The notes beneath the pieces were generated by a model that worked only from the letters and a program-made list of their open reading frames with translations, did no database searches and was not told the origin of the DNA. From contig JBHGNT010000011.1 in the NCBI GenBank assembly GCA_043228905.1, positions 11,966,001 to 12,030,000 of the forward strand: 64,000 nt of DNA. The letters are read 5' to 3'. The position numbers and the translations under genes were made by a program. This document shows positions 10,638 to 23,000 of this stretch, piece by piece. The stretch is from Azolla caroliniana. Its lineage: Eukaryota > Plantae > Polypodiophyta. Every line of letters starts with the position of its first letter. Positions within the stretch are counted from its first letter, which is position 1.

Positions 10638-11241
10638 TTTAACACCGACTCACACACACACACTCACACACACACAGGCCAACCCGACCTACACCCTTAA
10701 GTACAGGAAATGCAGGAAGGGGGAAGCACCCGACACCAACGAAGACGCGAATATACACAGACAGACGCAAACGTATATATATATATAAAAGAAGAATACA
10801 TTCCCGGCGTCGAGCCGGACCGGGGTAGGTTACAGTAGTCGTCAGTTGCCAAGCCGCCGGTCGGGGAGCTCACGGGCTCGTCGCGCCGAGCGGGGTCTTG
10901 CGCAGGAGATGAGCTGAAGCAAACCCTAAGTGAACACGAAGGGGGAGAAGAAGAAGAAGAAACTAACTCTAAACCTAACGGTATACCCTCTAATGCAAAA
11001 TGGGCAACCCTTTCACAAAGGGCGTGCCCTTCCTTTTATAGAACAAGGAGAGGGATGCGTTACAATGTGGGATAAATCCCGACTTACATGGGATCGTCTA
11101 TCCCGACTTGACTACTCTTCGGCGCCATAAAGGCGTCCTCGATATTCACACTAAATGTACATGGGTGCGTACACACGCTGCACCCCGCCGATGTAGCCAA
11201 TGTTTCCCGGTTTTCGCCTCTGGCCGAAATTCTTCACGACA
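10460..11241 (-). repeat. 5' LTR of G3
   Basis: Direct repeat of 6557-7334, adjacent PBS. Confidence 0.95.
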
Positions 11242-12692
11242 CCGTGTTTGGTGTTGATCGGCCAATTCCCCTTTTTGTAGAAGTCCATGGACATCAGGTT
11301 AATTTCTAACCCGTGGTCAATTAATGCTACCACCGGTTCCTTCACGTCCCCGATACAAACAGGAATTTCTGTAGTCACTCTTGCCTAGTGCGGCCTGGCG
11401 TAGTGGCTTTCCGAAAGCTCGTCTTCCGCAGCCATCTCGTTGAGGAGTGTCGTCCTTACCTCAACCGGCTTCTTGGGCTCTGGTTTCGTTGCGAGACACT
11501 TTCTCTTTACGAGGTCCAGGATGTTGTCGTGGAATTCCCTTCTCGCTATGCCAAGCACTTCCCTAAGCATGAGTTCTATGCGACTGTCGAGAACTCGCTC
11601 CTCTAGAACCTTCTGTAGGTTCGTTGTTTTCTCGATTTTCGAGCTTAAACAGAAGCTTGGAATCCTGCCCTTCTCATTCTCCTGGGACCTGGATGGAGTG
11701 TCATCGTGCCCTTTTAGCGTGCTTCGGGTGTCATACCTCCCCGAAGGGCCCGCTCCCCCAGTTTCACCGAGAGATAGACTACATTACTTCTAAGCACTTC
11801 CCCGAGGTCAGCACAATCTCTCCGGGAATGTCCGGTGGCGTCGCACCATATGCACCTCTGATTGGCCGGCGGTTGTCGATCGCGCGGCTGACCCTCGTCG
11901 CTTCGCTGGGCTTGGGCGATCTAGAGGTCGCGCACCATCCTTGTCAGTTCTTCTAGTCCTGCGCCGCCTATAGGCCCCGTGACTATGTTCGTTAGGGGTG
12001 AGCCTAGCTCGAGCCACCTCCTCGTTTCTTCCATTCGTGTCGGTGTCGGCTCAGCTCTGGTTTCGACAACTGGTCCGGCCGGCGAGGACCCCCTTTCTTT
12101 CCAATCTCAACGTTTGTCAATCCTACTGCATACTTCTTTGACGATCGCCCCGTCAGTCATGAGACCGCGGTTGGTTTCCAGAAGAAGGCCACGCTTTCCC
12201 AGACGCACAAGTCAAACGACATAACGAAAAATAGGACTTTGCTCATTTCGAGAGCACGGTTCGGTCCAATCTAGAGAGCCACGTGAACCGTGACTCGAAC
12301 TCCTGGAGGAGCGTCGAACCGTTCTAACCCTTGTCAGGGTTGTTGACCCAATCCATAAAGTCCTTTCTCGATAGCCGGAGCGAGTCGTCTGACGAGAAAT
12401 GTGCGAAATAATCTCCGGCCACAACCGAAGCGTAGATCACTTGATGACAATCAAACAAAGAGGAAATGGGAATGAAGGTAAGTACACAAATAGAAAGAGA
12501 ATACACAGGATGTTAGTGTGGAAAACCCTTAGAGGGAAAAACCACGGGAGTCCACAGACTCCAAACTATCACTATGTCAAGGCGTACAACAAGGAGCACG
12601 GAGGCAACGACCTCTTGCTCACAATCTTCGCCTTGCATCGATTACAACAGAGACATGCTCTGTATCGCTCTCTCTCTCTCTCTCTCTCTCTC

Positions 12693-13692
12693 TTGGAGAT
12701 ATTAAGTGTTGGGTCCTCAAGAAATATCTTTTCGACACTTTGGTGACACCGGTTCTTCTCTATGGGGTGGAAGTATGGGGCGGTAGCATCCCTAAATCTA
12801 TGTGGAAAGAGTTTGAAAATGTCCAAAAGCATTTTCTTACCAAGTTTCTACAAGTTAAGAAACAGACGCCCTACACCCTCCTCCTCCTTGAGACGGGATC
12901 GCTTCCCATTGAGATCATGGCCATGGAAAGGGTTGTTGAATACATGCTTAAGGTTCAAAAGAGTCCCTCACATCGACTTTCTAGAATTGCGTGGGAAGCA
13001 AGCAAAAAGATCCAAAAGACGCATAAAAGCAAAATTTTGTGTTCCGGTTGGATGCAAGATATAGAAAAATGGTTTGGTAGATGGGATGCGAGACACTTGC
13101 TTCATGATGCATCATTAGATTCCTCCATAAATGAGGCATTTTTGCAATGCCAATGTATCATGACATGGGACAAATGTGGAGGCTCACGCTTCACACATTA
13201 TACTACACATGTTGCACCTAACTACAAAACCATATTCTTTGCGGAACGGGGAAATCGTACACATCCATACATGTTAGAGCCCATACCGTTACCTGCCATT
13301 CGAACCATTGCTTCCATGCGACTTAGCTCACATACATTGCGATGTGAAACAGGGCGTTGGGGCACAAGTGATGAGAGTGGTCGGCTATGCACACTTTGCC
13401 CTAAACAAGTTCGCGAGTCTAAGTATCACACTTTGATACAATGCTCTGCCTTTGATCATATTCGACCATGCTTTCCACATCTCTTCGATCGAGCCCAATC
13501 TTTGCATGAATTCCTCTCACAACCACAATGTGCACTCTTGATTGCAACATTCATTGGTAAAGTTCTTGAACATCAAGAGTCACTACTCACTTTCACACGT
13601 ATCACGTGAAATGTAATATTTTTGGTCTCATAGGTCATATTTGACCTCCGAAGAAGATAATATAATCTACCTATCTATCTATCTATCTATCT
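12693..13692 (+). mobile_element. 5'-truncated LINE family A (ORF2 C-terminus, 3' UTR, (ATCT)n tail) inserted in the (CT)n of the C1 LTR
   Basis: ORF 12740-13609: TPVLLYGVEVWG...RLSSHTLRCETGRW...RLCTLC...YHTLIQC. The segment is absent from the sister LTR 17017-17670. Confidence 0.88.
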
Positions 13693-14038
13693 CTGTACAA
13701 TCGTTACACCAATCACGCTATACAAAGGTAATAACAGCAACTATCATCATCATCACATTGTTTGCCCTAGGTCACATTTATAATAATATGACATTAGGAC
13801 TATTTATAGATATAGCCCCAATGGGCTCTCAAAAACATATATACATATATGTCCCTTCATCCGATGAGAGGTTCTCACCGGTCCTGCAACATTCGGTTCT
13901 CACCGGGTCTTCCTTGCTGAGTACTCGTCATCTGGTTCTCACCGGGTTTTCCGTTGCCGAGTACTCCACATCCGGGTCTTCCGATGTCGGGCCTTCGTAT
14001 GCCATCCGGAGGGACCGAGATCCTAACAAACTCCCCCT

Positions 14039-16606
14039 TCACTCTGGCATGGGATGCCACGTCCACCCGATACGCTTCCGGCATGCGTCTAGCTTGTGGG
14101 GTGTCAGCACCTTGGTCAGCATATCCAACCCGTTCTCGTCCGTGTGGATCTTCGTCAGCACGAACTCTCGGTCTTCTACTCGCTCCCAAATCCAGTGGTA
14201 CCTCCGCTGGATGTGCTTCATCCTTGAATGATACGTTGCGTTCTTCGCAAGGTGGTTGGCACTTTGACTATCGCAATAGAATCGGTATTCCTCTTGTCGG
14301 ATCCCTAGCTCTTCGATGAAGTCCTTCATCCATAGTATTTCCTTGCCGGCTTCCACAGCCGCCATGTACTCCGCTTCTGTGGTTGACAACGCAACCGTCT
14401 TCTGCAGCCTCGATTGCCACGAAACAGCTCCCCCCGCATATGTCATGACATATCCGGATGTTGACCGGCTGGTATCCGCATCAGCCGACATATCCGAATC
14501 GGTGAAACAGTCAAGTTGGGGTTTATCGGAGCCGAATCGGAGGCACATACTTGAGGTGCCTTTCAAGTATCGGAGTATCCATTTTACCGCATTCCAGTGC
14601 TCCTTGCCGAAATTGCTCATAACCCGGCTCACCACTCCGACTGCATATCCGATATTCAGTCGGGTACACACCATTGCGTACATTAGGCTCCCGACAACAG
14701 AGGCATATGGTATCTTCATCATATCTGCCTTCTCTGCCTTCGTCTTCAGGCTTTGATTACCGGATAACCTGCAGTTTGCGGGAAGTGTCGATTCGACCAG
14801 TTTCGCATCTGACATGTTGAACCGTTGAAGCACCTTTGTCACGTACTTCTCCTGTGACAGCCACAATTGCTTCGTTGGCCGGTCCCGGATGATATGCATC
14901 CCCAGCATCTGTCTTGCCGGACCCAAGTCTTTCATTGAGAAGGTCCGGTTCAGGGCCTTCTTCAGCATCCGTATCTTGACTTGGTCTCGTCCGACAATCA
15001 ACATGTCGTCCACGTACAAGAGGAGTATCAGGAAGTCTCCACCTTCGAACTTCTTCACAAATACCCAGTGATCGGCCTGCATCTTGTGGTACCCTTGATC
15101 GGTCATGAAGGAGTCGAACTTCTGGTACCATTGCCGGGGAGCCTACTTCAACCCGTAGAGGCTCTTTTTTAACCAGTAAACCAGGTGCTCCTTCCCTTTC
15201 TTCACAAATCCCTCCGGTTGCTGCATGTAGATCTCCTCTTCGAGGTCGTCATGGAGGAACGTCGTCTTCACGTCTAACTGCTCTACCTCGAGGTCCATGC
15301 TTGCCACTATGCTCAGCGCCGTCCGGATGGAAGTCATCTTTACTACTAGGGAAAATATCTCGTCGAAGTCCATGCCCTTCTTCTGCTGGAACCCCTTCAC
15401 CACGATCCTGGCTTTGTACCTTGGAGGGTTGTCGACATCTCCCGGTTTCAACTTGTACACCTTCTTGCTTCGGAGTGCCCTCTTTCCTTTCGGCAACTCC
15501 ACCAATTCATACGTGTGGTTCTCATGCAGGGAATCCATCTTGTCCTACATGGCACTCAACCACTTGTGGCTATGGGTGTCATCCTTCGCTTCTTCGAAGC
15601 TTTCCGGCTCCCCCTCATCGGTCAGCAACACATGCTCTGCATCCGGAAATCTCCGGGAGGCCCTTCTCTCTCTGAGAGGATATCTCCGTCTTTGGCTTTT
15701 GGCAACCGGGTCCTCTATTTGTTCTTCATCCAAATCCGATTCGAGGTCTTGGTCGGTTCTAGTTTCAGCTTCCTCTACTTCTTCTTCTACCGGTTTGGTA
15801 TCCTCACCGTAACCGGCTGTTTCCTCGAGTGTCAACTGGCTCTTAGCCGGGTGGGTCCGAATCTCATCGGAGTTCATTATCTTCTTCTCCGACTCCCAGT
15901 CGGCAAGAGTCTTGTCCTCCATGAAGATAATATCTCGCCTCCGGAAAACCTTCTTGTCAACTGGATCCCACACTCGGTAGCCGAACTCATCATCGCCGTA
16001 TTCGAGGAGTATGCATGGCCGGGGCTTTGGATCCAACTTTCCTCTCCAGTCCTTAGAACCATGCACGTACACGAGACACCCGAACACCTTCAAATGCCGG
16101 TAGGACACTTCCTTACTGGTCCACATCTTTTGCGGCGTGTCTCCATCCAAGGGCACTGAGGGTGATCTCTTTATCACATACATCATTGTCGATAGTGCCT
16201 CAGCCCAAAACATCTTGGGTAGTTTAGCATGTGCTAGCATTCTCTGGACCCTCTCCAATATGGTCCGGTTCATCCTCTCGGCTAGCCCGTTTAGTTCCGG
16301 CATCTTTAGCTTGGTAAATTCGAGTCGGATTCCCTTTGAGCGGCAGTACTCCTCGAACTGCCCCTGGTATTCCCCTCCGTTATCTGCTCGAACCGCCTTC
16401 AGCTTCTGTCTGGTTTCTCTTTCCACTCTTGCGTGGAGCTCCTTGAAGACGGATAACACTTGATCCTTAGTCTTCAACGGTGTGGCCCACAGCCTCCTAC
16501 TGTGGTCATCTATGAACGTCACAAAGTACTGTGCTCCGGCATGGGACTTCGTGTCCACTTGACACACATCGGTATGCACCAACTCCAATGGTGCATTACG
16601 TCTCAT
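14039..16606 (-). pseudogene. pol: Copia integrase-RT-RNase H of C1 (premature stops)
   Basis: ORFs 15545-16606 (VHTDVC, DNGGEY, NGLAER), 15143-15538 (KARIVVKG, QLDVKT), 14039-15106 (YVDDML, LSTTEAEY). Confidence 0.92.
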
Positions 16607-17291
16607 CGGTGGCCTTGATTGGAAGGAGGTCTGGTTTTGCTTACCGGCTAGGTCCGGTTTTGCTTACTAGCTTCCGAAATACCGAAACCTGATTAACAGC
16701 ATTTTTGTTCTAAAACATAATGTCGATCTTCTCCCAGAGCTCATGAGCCTTGCTCTCTTCATTGAAGTTGTTGTATAGACTCATGTCGATGAAGCACCGT
16801 ATGTACGTCGTTGTCTTCATGTGCATCACCTCCCATATCATGGCATCGATTTTGTCCGGTCTCTTGTCCTCGAACTAAACCGGCAACCAATGACCTTTAA
16901 CCACGAGCATGTCCCTCATCTTCAACTTCCACACTAAGTAGTTGGAGCCGATGAGCTTGAACATGCCTCCCAACGAATCGTCCATTTTTCTGTGTCGTTT
17001 CGCTCTAATACCAGTTTGACGAGAAATGTGCAGAATAATCTCCGACCACAACCGAAGCGTAGATCACTTGATGACAATCAAACACAGAGGAAATGGGAAT
17101 GGAGGTAAGTACACAAACAGAAAGAGAATACACAAGATGTTATCGTGGAAAACCCTGAGAGGGAAAAACCACGGGAGTCCATAGACTCCAAACTATCACT
17201 ATGTCAAGCAGTACAACAGGGAGCACAGAGGCAACGACCTCTTGCTCACAATCTTCGACTGGCGGCGATTACAACAGAGACATGCTCTGTA

Positions 17292-17329
<38 letters not shown>

Positions 17330-19258
17330 CAGTCATTACACCAATCACGCTATACAAAGGTAATAACAGCAACTATCATCATCATCACACTGTTTGCCCT
17401 AGGTCACATTTATACTAATATGACATTAGGACTATTTACAGATATAGCCCCAATGGGATCTCAGAAACATCTCTACATATATGTCCCTTCATCCGGTGAG
17501 AGGTTCTCACCGGGCTTGCAACATCCGGTTCTCACCGGGTCTTCCTTACCGGGTACTCGTCATCTGGTTCTCACCGGGTCTTCCGTTACCGGGTACTCCA
17601 CATCCGGTTCTCACCGGGTCTTTCAATGTCAGGCGTTCGTATCCCATCTGGAGAGACCGAGATCCTAACATCGTCGTAGTTGTATCTTTCGAGAACTTCC
17701 TCCGCGAACTCCGCCCAATCACGGCAGCCCGCTTGTATTTCGGTCATCTCCGTATGGATGTGTGGTGTCACGACCCGGGGAAACCCTGTCAGCCGTCTAT
17801 CCTCGGGTATATTCCTCATCTGCATTTCAGATTTGTAGGTCTCTAAGTAACTCGTGGCGTCTTTCCCACTGAACTGGCCTATCTTGTCAACCGTTGCTTC
17901 TATGGCCTTGTCGAGGGCACTCGCGCCCTCGCAAGCGCTAACCATGCAGTCTACCACCACCGCCATTGCTTCTGCAAGTTCGCTTCCTCTCATTTTCAGA
18001 TTCCTTTGCCGCCCCTCTTCACGTCGGGTTCACCAAATATGTCGAAGAAATCCTCGTGGATGCGTAGAAGTTGGGAAGGACCACGGGGATCTTAAACCAA
18101 GGAATCGAGAAGTGAGGAGGAAGAGTTTGTGGTTTACGTGAGCCTTGAGACCGCGGTTTAAACAGAAAGATTTAGCGAAACGAGAGAGATAGTGTAGGAG
18201 GATCGTGCGTAGACACAGGCGTAGACAGATATGCTAAGAATAACTTGCGTTAGGAGGATAAGCTTTTATTAATCAATATGTGCGCATAGCGCCATGGGTG
18301 ATTACAATCGGATCAGTGCCGGTGTTCGAGCGTAGGCTCTTCAGTAGTCAGATACAAAGTTCAGTGGGCACACAGAAGATCGATCCCCTGGTCGGGATCA
18401 GTCGAGCGTCTGCCGCGAGCAGGGGAAGCGCCTTCCGGTGATACCTCGTAGGACTCCTCGTCTTCTTTGGTCTCTATTTCCTCTCTCTTCTCTGTCTCTT
18501 TCCTTTTCCTCTCTAAAAAATGACATCCCCAAAATCAATCGAGGGTCGCCCCTTTTATAGCACAAGGAGCGACCGTTACAGAGCATTCATGGCCTTGTCG
18601 CTTTAACTTCCTAGATTCTCCCCCCCCCTGATTCACTCTCCTCGTAACTCTCCCTACTTACGTGATGTCTAGATCCCTATTAATGCTTCAACTACCTAGT
18701 ACACCTCCTTCTACCTATGCCTAGTACTTACATTATCTAATTCTCTAGGGGTGTGCACTTGTGCACTCCGATGTTCCCGCGTGTTTCGCATTGTTTCTAC
18801 CGATGGCCCGGAATTTTCACGACAACAGGTTTGGGTCCTTAAAGGCATACAAAGACCCTCGGACAGCACTCGAACAAAGCACCCCCCACACCCGCCACCT
18901 CAACCCCACCCAAAAACCCCTAAATTTTCCAAACTCTCACAAAATCCTCGGTGGATTCCCATCCAACTCTACCCCCCGCACATAAACCTTGACCCACCCC
19001 ACACCCTGTTAACCCCTCACCATACCTTATGTCACTTCGCTCATCAACAACTCGGCCCATCTTCTCCCCCGACCTCTGTTATCGTCCCCATTAGACAATA
19101 ATTTATTTATTCATTACTCGTACCATCCCCACTCACTCCCGGTTCGAAGAACGTCGAACCCCCCACCCTCGGTTCGAAGAAAGACACTCTTCGAACCAGT
19201 CACCCCCAGTCCGAAGAGAGGCCCCCGCCGCCCAAACACAACCTAGACACTAACCCAT

Positions 19259-20025
19259 TGTCGTGAAGATTTCCGGCTACGGTGAGAAAACCGGGAGGGA
19301 CAAATAAAATGGGGATGTGCAACATTGCACATGCACTTGTAAATTTGTGTAATAAGAATAAGTAAACAGGTGTAAAAGGGAAGGGTAGAATCTAAAGTGT
19401 TAAGGTGCTCTACGAAAGTTGTTAAGTGTAAATGTGATGTGCACTTTGTTGAGTAGAATGAGTGGTGGGCATTGAGTGTGAATGTGATAGGAGAGAAAGA
19501 GTTAAAGGCCCACCAATTTAAGATCAAGGCCAAATATTCCCCATTTAATAGAAGGGTATTTTACTACCTTTGTAATGTGCCTCACCCCTTACTAGTATAA
19601 AAGGGAGTGAGGGGTCACTTGTGAAGGTTGCCTATTTGGAGGGGGAGAGGCATACCACTTGGGTGGAGGGTTTCCTATTCGGTTTTAGGGTTTCGGTTAG
19701 GGTTTCTTCTTGGGTTTCCTTTAGGGTTTTACTATACTTCTTTACTTGCTCATCCGGTGAGGGTTTTCTTGTAGTCGTTTTTGGTGTGGCCTATGTGGCC
19801 TTGGTTGTAATCTTTTGTGAACTCTTAATATGGCATGTTGATTTTCTTGTCTTGTGGGTGTATCTTGCCTCCATCTATTCTATTCTATGTTTATGTGCTA
19901 TTCTTCCTCTTCTCCTCTTGAGCTAACCTTCCATTTTGTGTCTTATTCCTTCTCCTCTACTCCCTAGTCCAAGACCCCCGTGGTCCCGCCTCAGATCCTA
20001 CACGTACTCACGGAATATCGCGACA
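19259..20025 (+). repeat. Solo LTR of the tRNA-Trp gypsy family
   Basis: TGTCGTG...CGCGACA termini; U5 motif CCAAGACCCCCGTGGTCC shared with G2/G3; flanks CCAT / CCGT. Confidence 0.85.
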
Positions 20026-20251
20026 CCGTAAGCCCCTTTAAAATATAAATATAAATATCGCTATCCCTCAAAACACCTCATACTACTTTCAATTATAATA
20101 ATTATAACTCATCATGATTAGTCATTCACATCAATTGATAAATACAATATCATCGGTTGTATTGCTGTGTAGACAAGGGCAGGGGAGTGTAAGAATTGGT
20201 ACGCCCGCATACGATTATACTAATCTTTGTCCTACCAAGTTATAATCAACG

Positions 20252-20752
20252 GTGTCCACCCCATTCACCAAACTCCTCCACGCATACTACCCCGACGCCG
20301 GCTATGGCTCCTTGGTAATTCAAGCCGAGTTCAACAACAACCGTTGTACCTACCGGGTACCCACTACCGCCACGCAACTCAAGTACCTCAAGCTTAATGT
20401 TTTCGACACCCTTTTCCGACTAGGCCTCAAGTTCTTCCTCGGGATTGGCCCTTGGGGTGTACTTCCTGAGGTGGTCAGTCGATTCCTCACAGGATACAAC
20501 TCCGATACCGACCACATTCGCATGCATGCCTTCGCAGATGCTACCCTTGTCGAGTTCTAGTTCCACGTGGCCGACGTTTGCACTATGCTACATTTGCCGG
20601 TGGATGGAATTCCCTTCCGCACCATGAAAGCCCCTGACGCCGTCCCCAACATCATCCCCGCCGCCTACACCGAGTATTCCAGACGCGAAGGTTGGCGTTT
20701 CACCGAAACCCCCCCTCTCCCTTCGCCGGCTACAACACCTCTACGTGGATAG
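20252..20752 (+). pseudogene. Degenerate ORF resembling the accessory (env-like / ATHILA ORF1-type) ORFs of LTR retrotransposons
   Basis: In-frame ORFs 20252-20560 and 20567-20752: PEVVSRFLTGYN...VEF*FHVADVCTMLHLPVDG. The resemblance is judged by eye only. Confidence 0.35.
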
Positions 20753-21709
20753 CTGGCCCCAAGAAGGACTTCTTCACGACGACTAATCAAATGCAAGAAA
20801 TTCGCTTACCACCACTCAACATCTGATGTCTTCACCACCATCTTCACCGCCGACCACCTCCCAATGAACCCCCCTACTCTATCATTCTCACCCCCGACGC
20901 CCGAAGCTCCCCTCCCACAGTGCACCCGGGAGTGTGCACTCATTAGGTTGGGGGGGGATATTATGCGCTTGGATTGCACCACGACCAGTCGTGAAAAAGA
21001 GTGCATCAACAAGGACATAGTGTGGTTAAAGGACCTACAAAGAAGGAATGACAAGAGGAAAGAGGGCTAAAGGACATCCAAGTGTAAAAGGTCCATACCC
21101 TAAATGTAAATGCTATATAAACCACATGGTGGTGGCTTTGTAAGGGTTCTTCCATTTGTAAAGATCTCCCTATTGATTAAGAGCTACAGCTTCCTCTCCT
21201 CCTTGTAACCTTTAAGCTTAAGAGAGATTAGTGAAGTGTTTAGTTAGAGAACACTAATCTCTCTTCCTTGTTGGTGCTAGACCTCTTAGCAAAGAGGATT
21301 AATAACATATTCATTACTCCTATTGTCTATATTCATTACCCTATTGTCTATGAGAGCAAGCTTGAGAGAGTGTGAGAGATATCGTGCTTAATCATCTATT
21401 AATCGTTAAGTGAGTGTGAGGCTCAGAGGTGTCCGACAACCATCTTCGCCCGATTCGCCATCAAAAGGGTATACGTTGGTCCGAACTCAGCAAACGACAT
21501 CGAGGAGTTAACTCCATCGATACATAGATCCTACACAACTTGGTGTCTATCGCAAACGCTTCCACACACCTATTCTTTCACAGCCTTGTTCCTATGTCTC
21601 CTTGCACCCACGTGTTCACACGCAACCGGCGAGTTCTCCTTGTGGCTGAGCTTCCTCGTTCTTATGCATCTGGCAGACTTTCTCCTTTTTTCCGGAATCC
21701 TCCGCGACA

Positions 21710-22689
21710 ACACGATGGTATGTACCAGTCCGGACATCAAATACACAGTAGGAGTGGTCAGCCGATTCATGAGCAATCCCATAAGAGAGCATTGGGTTGT
21801 TGTGAAATGGATACTTCGGTACCTGAGAGGCACCTCGAACATGTACCTCCGATTCGGCTCAGGTAACCCCACAGTGGAAGGTTATACTGATTCGGACATG
21901 TCGACTGATGTGGATACCATCTGATCCACGTCCGGATACGTAATGACTTGTGCAGGGGGAGTCGTCTCGTGGCAATCGAGTCTGCAAAGGCCATGGCGTT
22001 GTCAACCATGGAAGTCAAGCACATGGCCGCAACGGAAGCCAGCAAGGAAGTCATATGGATGAAGGACTCTATCGGAGAGGTGGGAATTCGGCAAGAGGAT
22101 TCCGACTCTACTACGACAACCAAAGTGCAATCCACCTTATGAAGAATGTTGCCTACCACTGGAGGACCAAGCACATCCAAAGGAGATACCACTCGCTCCA
22201 AGAGCGAGTAGAAGAAAGGGAGTTTGCTCTGATGAAGATCCACACAACGGAAAACAGATCGGATATGCTAACGAAGGTGTTGTCAGCAGAGAAGCTAAGT
22301 GCATGCCGACAAAGGGTCAAATTGATCAACTACCCCATGCTAGAGTGAAGGGGGAGTTTGTTGGGAAAACAGGTCCCTCCGGATGGGAAGAGCGCGAGCT
22401 GAATGGAATGGAATCGATAGATAAACTCGGCCGAGGACGAAAATCGATTTCCGAAAAATCGACTAATCGACAATCGATTGATGATCGATTCGGTTATTAG
22501 CCGAATTGGTCGAAGCTGATTCAGGATGGGGCTATAATTGTAAATAGCCTAAATATGCCCTTAGTGGGCCATAGTTGTAAATAGTCCATATTGTATATGA
22601 GTATAAGTATACTTAGGGTAAGTACTTAGGTAAGTTGATGTTGATCATTGTTGGATAGTTACACTGTGTAGTTGCCTCTGTAACTACTA

Positions 22690-22729
<40 letters not shown>

Positions 22730-23000
22730 TGAGTGAGTAGTGTCTCCTCTGTAACCGTCTGTCAGACGAAGACGAGCTCGAGGTTGTTGCATGCGAGTCT
22801 CCGTGTACTCTCTCATACATAGTTAAATAGTTCAAAGTTTGTGGACTCTCATGATTTTTTCCCGATTCGGGTTTTCCACGTAAAACATTGTGTCTCTGTA
22901 CTTGAGTTGTTTGTTTTCTGTCTTCTGATTTCTTGTCATCTCGATCTTTGCACCCGCTTATGCACAAGTGAAACCAGTTGTGGCCAGTCGATTCCCAACA
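21710..23000 (+). mobile_element. Ty1/copia 3' remnant C2 (RT end, RNase H, PPT, LTR), related to C1/C5
   Basis: MVCTSPDIKYTVGVVSRFMSNP...RTKHIQRRYH...YPMLE; PPT GAAGGGGGAG; LTR 22359-23000 TGTTGGGAA...TTCCCAACA. Confidence 0.85.

Larger units (their letters stand above)
6557..11241 (-). mobile_element. Complete non-autonomous gag-only LTR retrotransposon G3 (TR-GAG-like)
   Basis: Near-identical LTRs 6557-7334 and 10460-11241, PBS-Trp 10438-10455, PPT ~7335-7350, 4-bp TSD CCGT (6553-6556 / 11242-11245). No PR/RT/RH/INT motifs in the 3.1-kb interior. Confidence 0.9.
12390..17670 (-). mobile_element. Ty1/copia element C1 (internal deletion of the gag C-terminus/protease; LINE inserted in the 3' LTR)
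   Basis: LTRs 17017-17670 and 12390-14028, 5-bp TSD TCGTC, PBS-iMet TGGTATTAGAGC (17002-17013), PPT 14029-14041, integrase/RT/RNase H ORFs. Confidence 0.93.
11242..18824 (-). mobile_element. Degenerate Ty3/gypsy element G4 (gag-PR part), host to G2/G3 and copia C1
   Basis: LTR 18040-18824, PBS-Trp 18018-18035. Gag MRGSELAEAM (17993) is split by C1 and resumes at 12389 (DDSLRLSRKDF). Zinc knuckle CIWCDATGHSRRDC ~11810-11855; protease IDHGLEINLM ~11290-11330. Confidence 0.85.
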
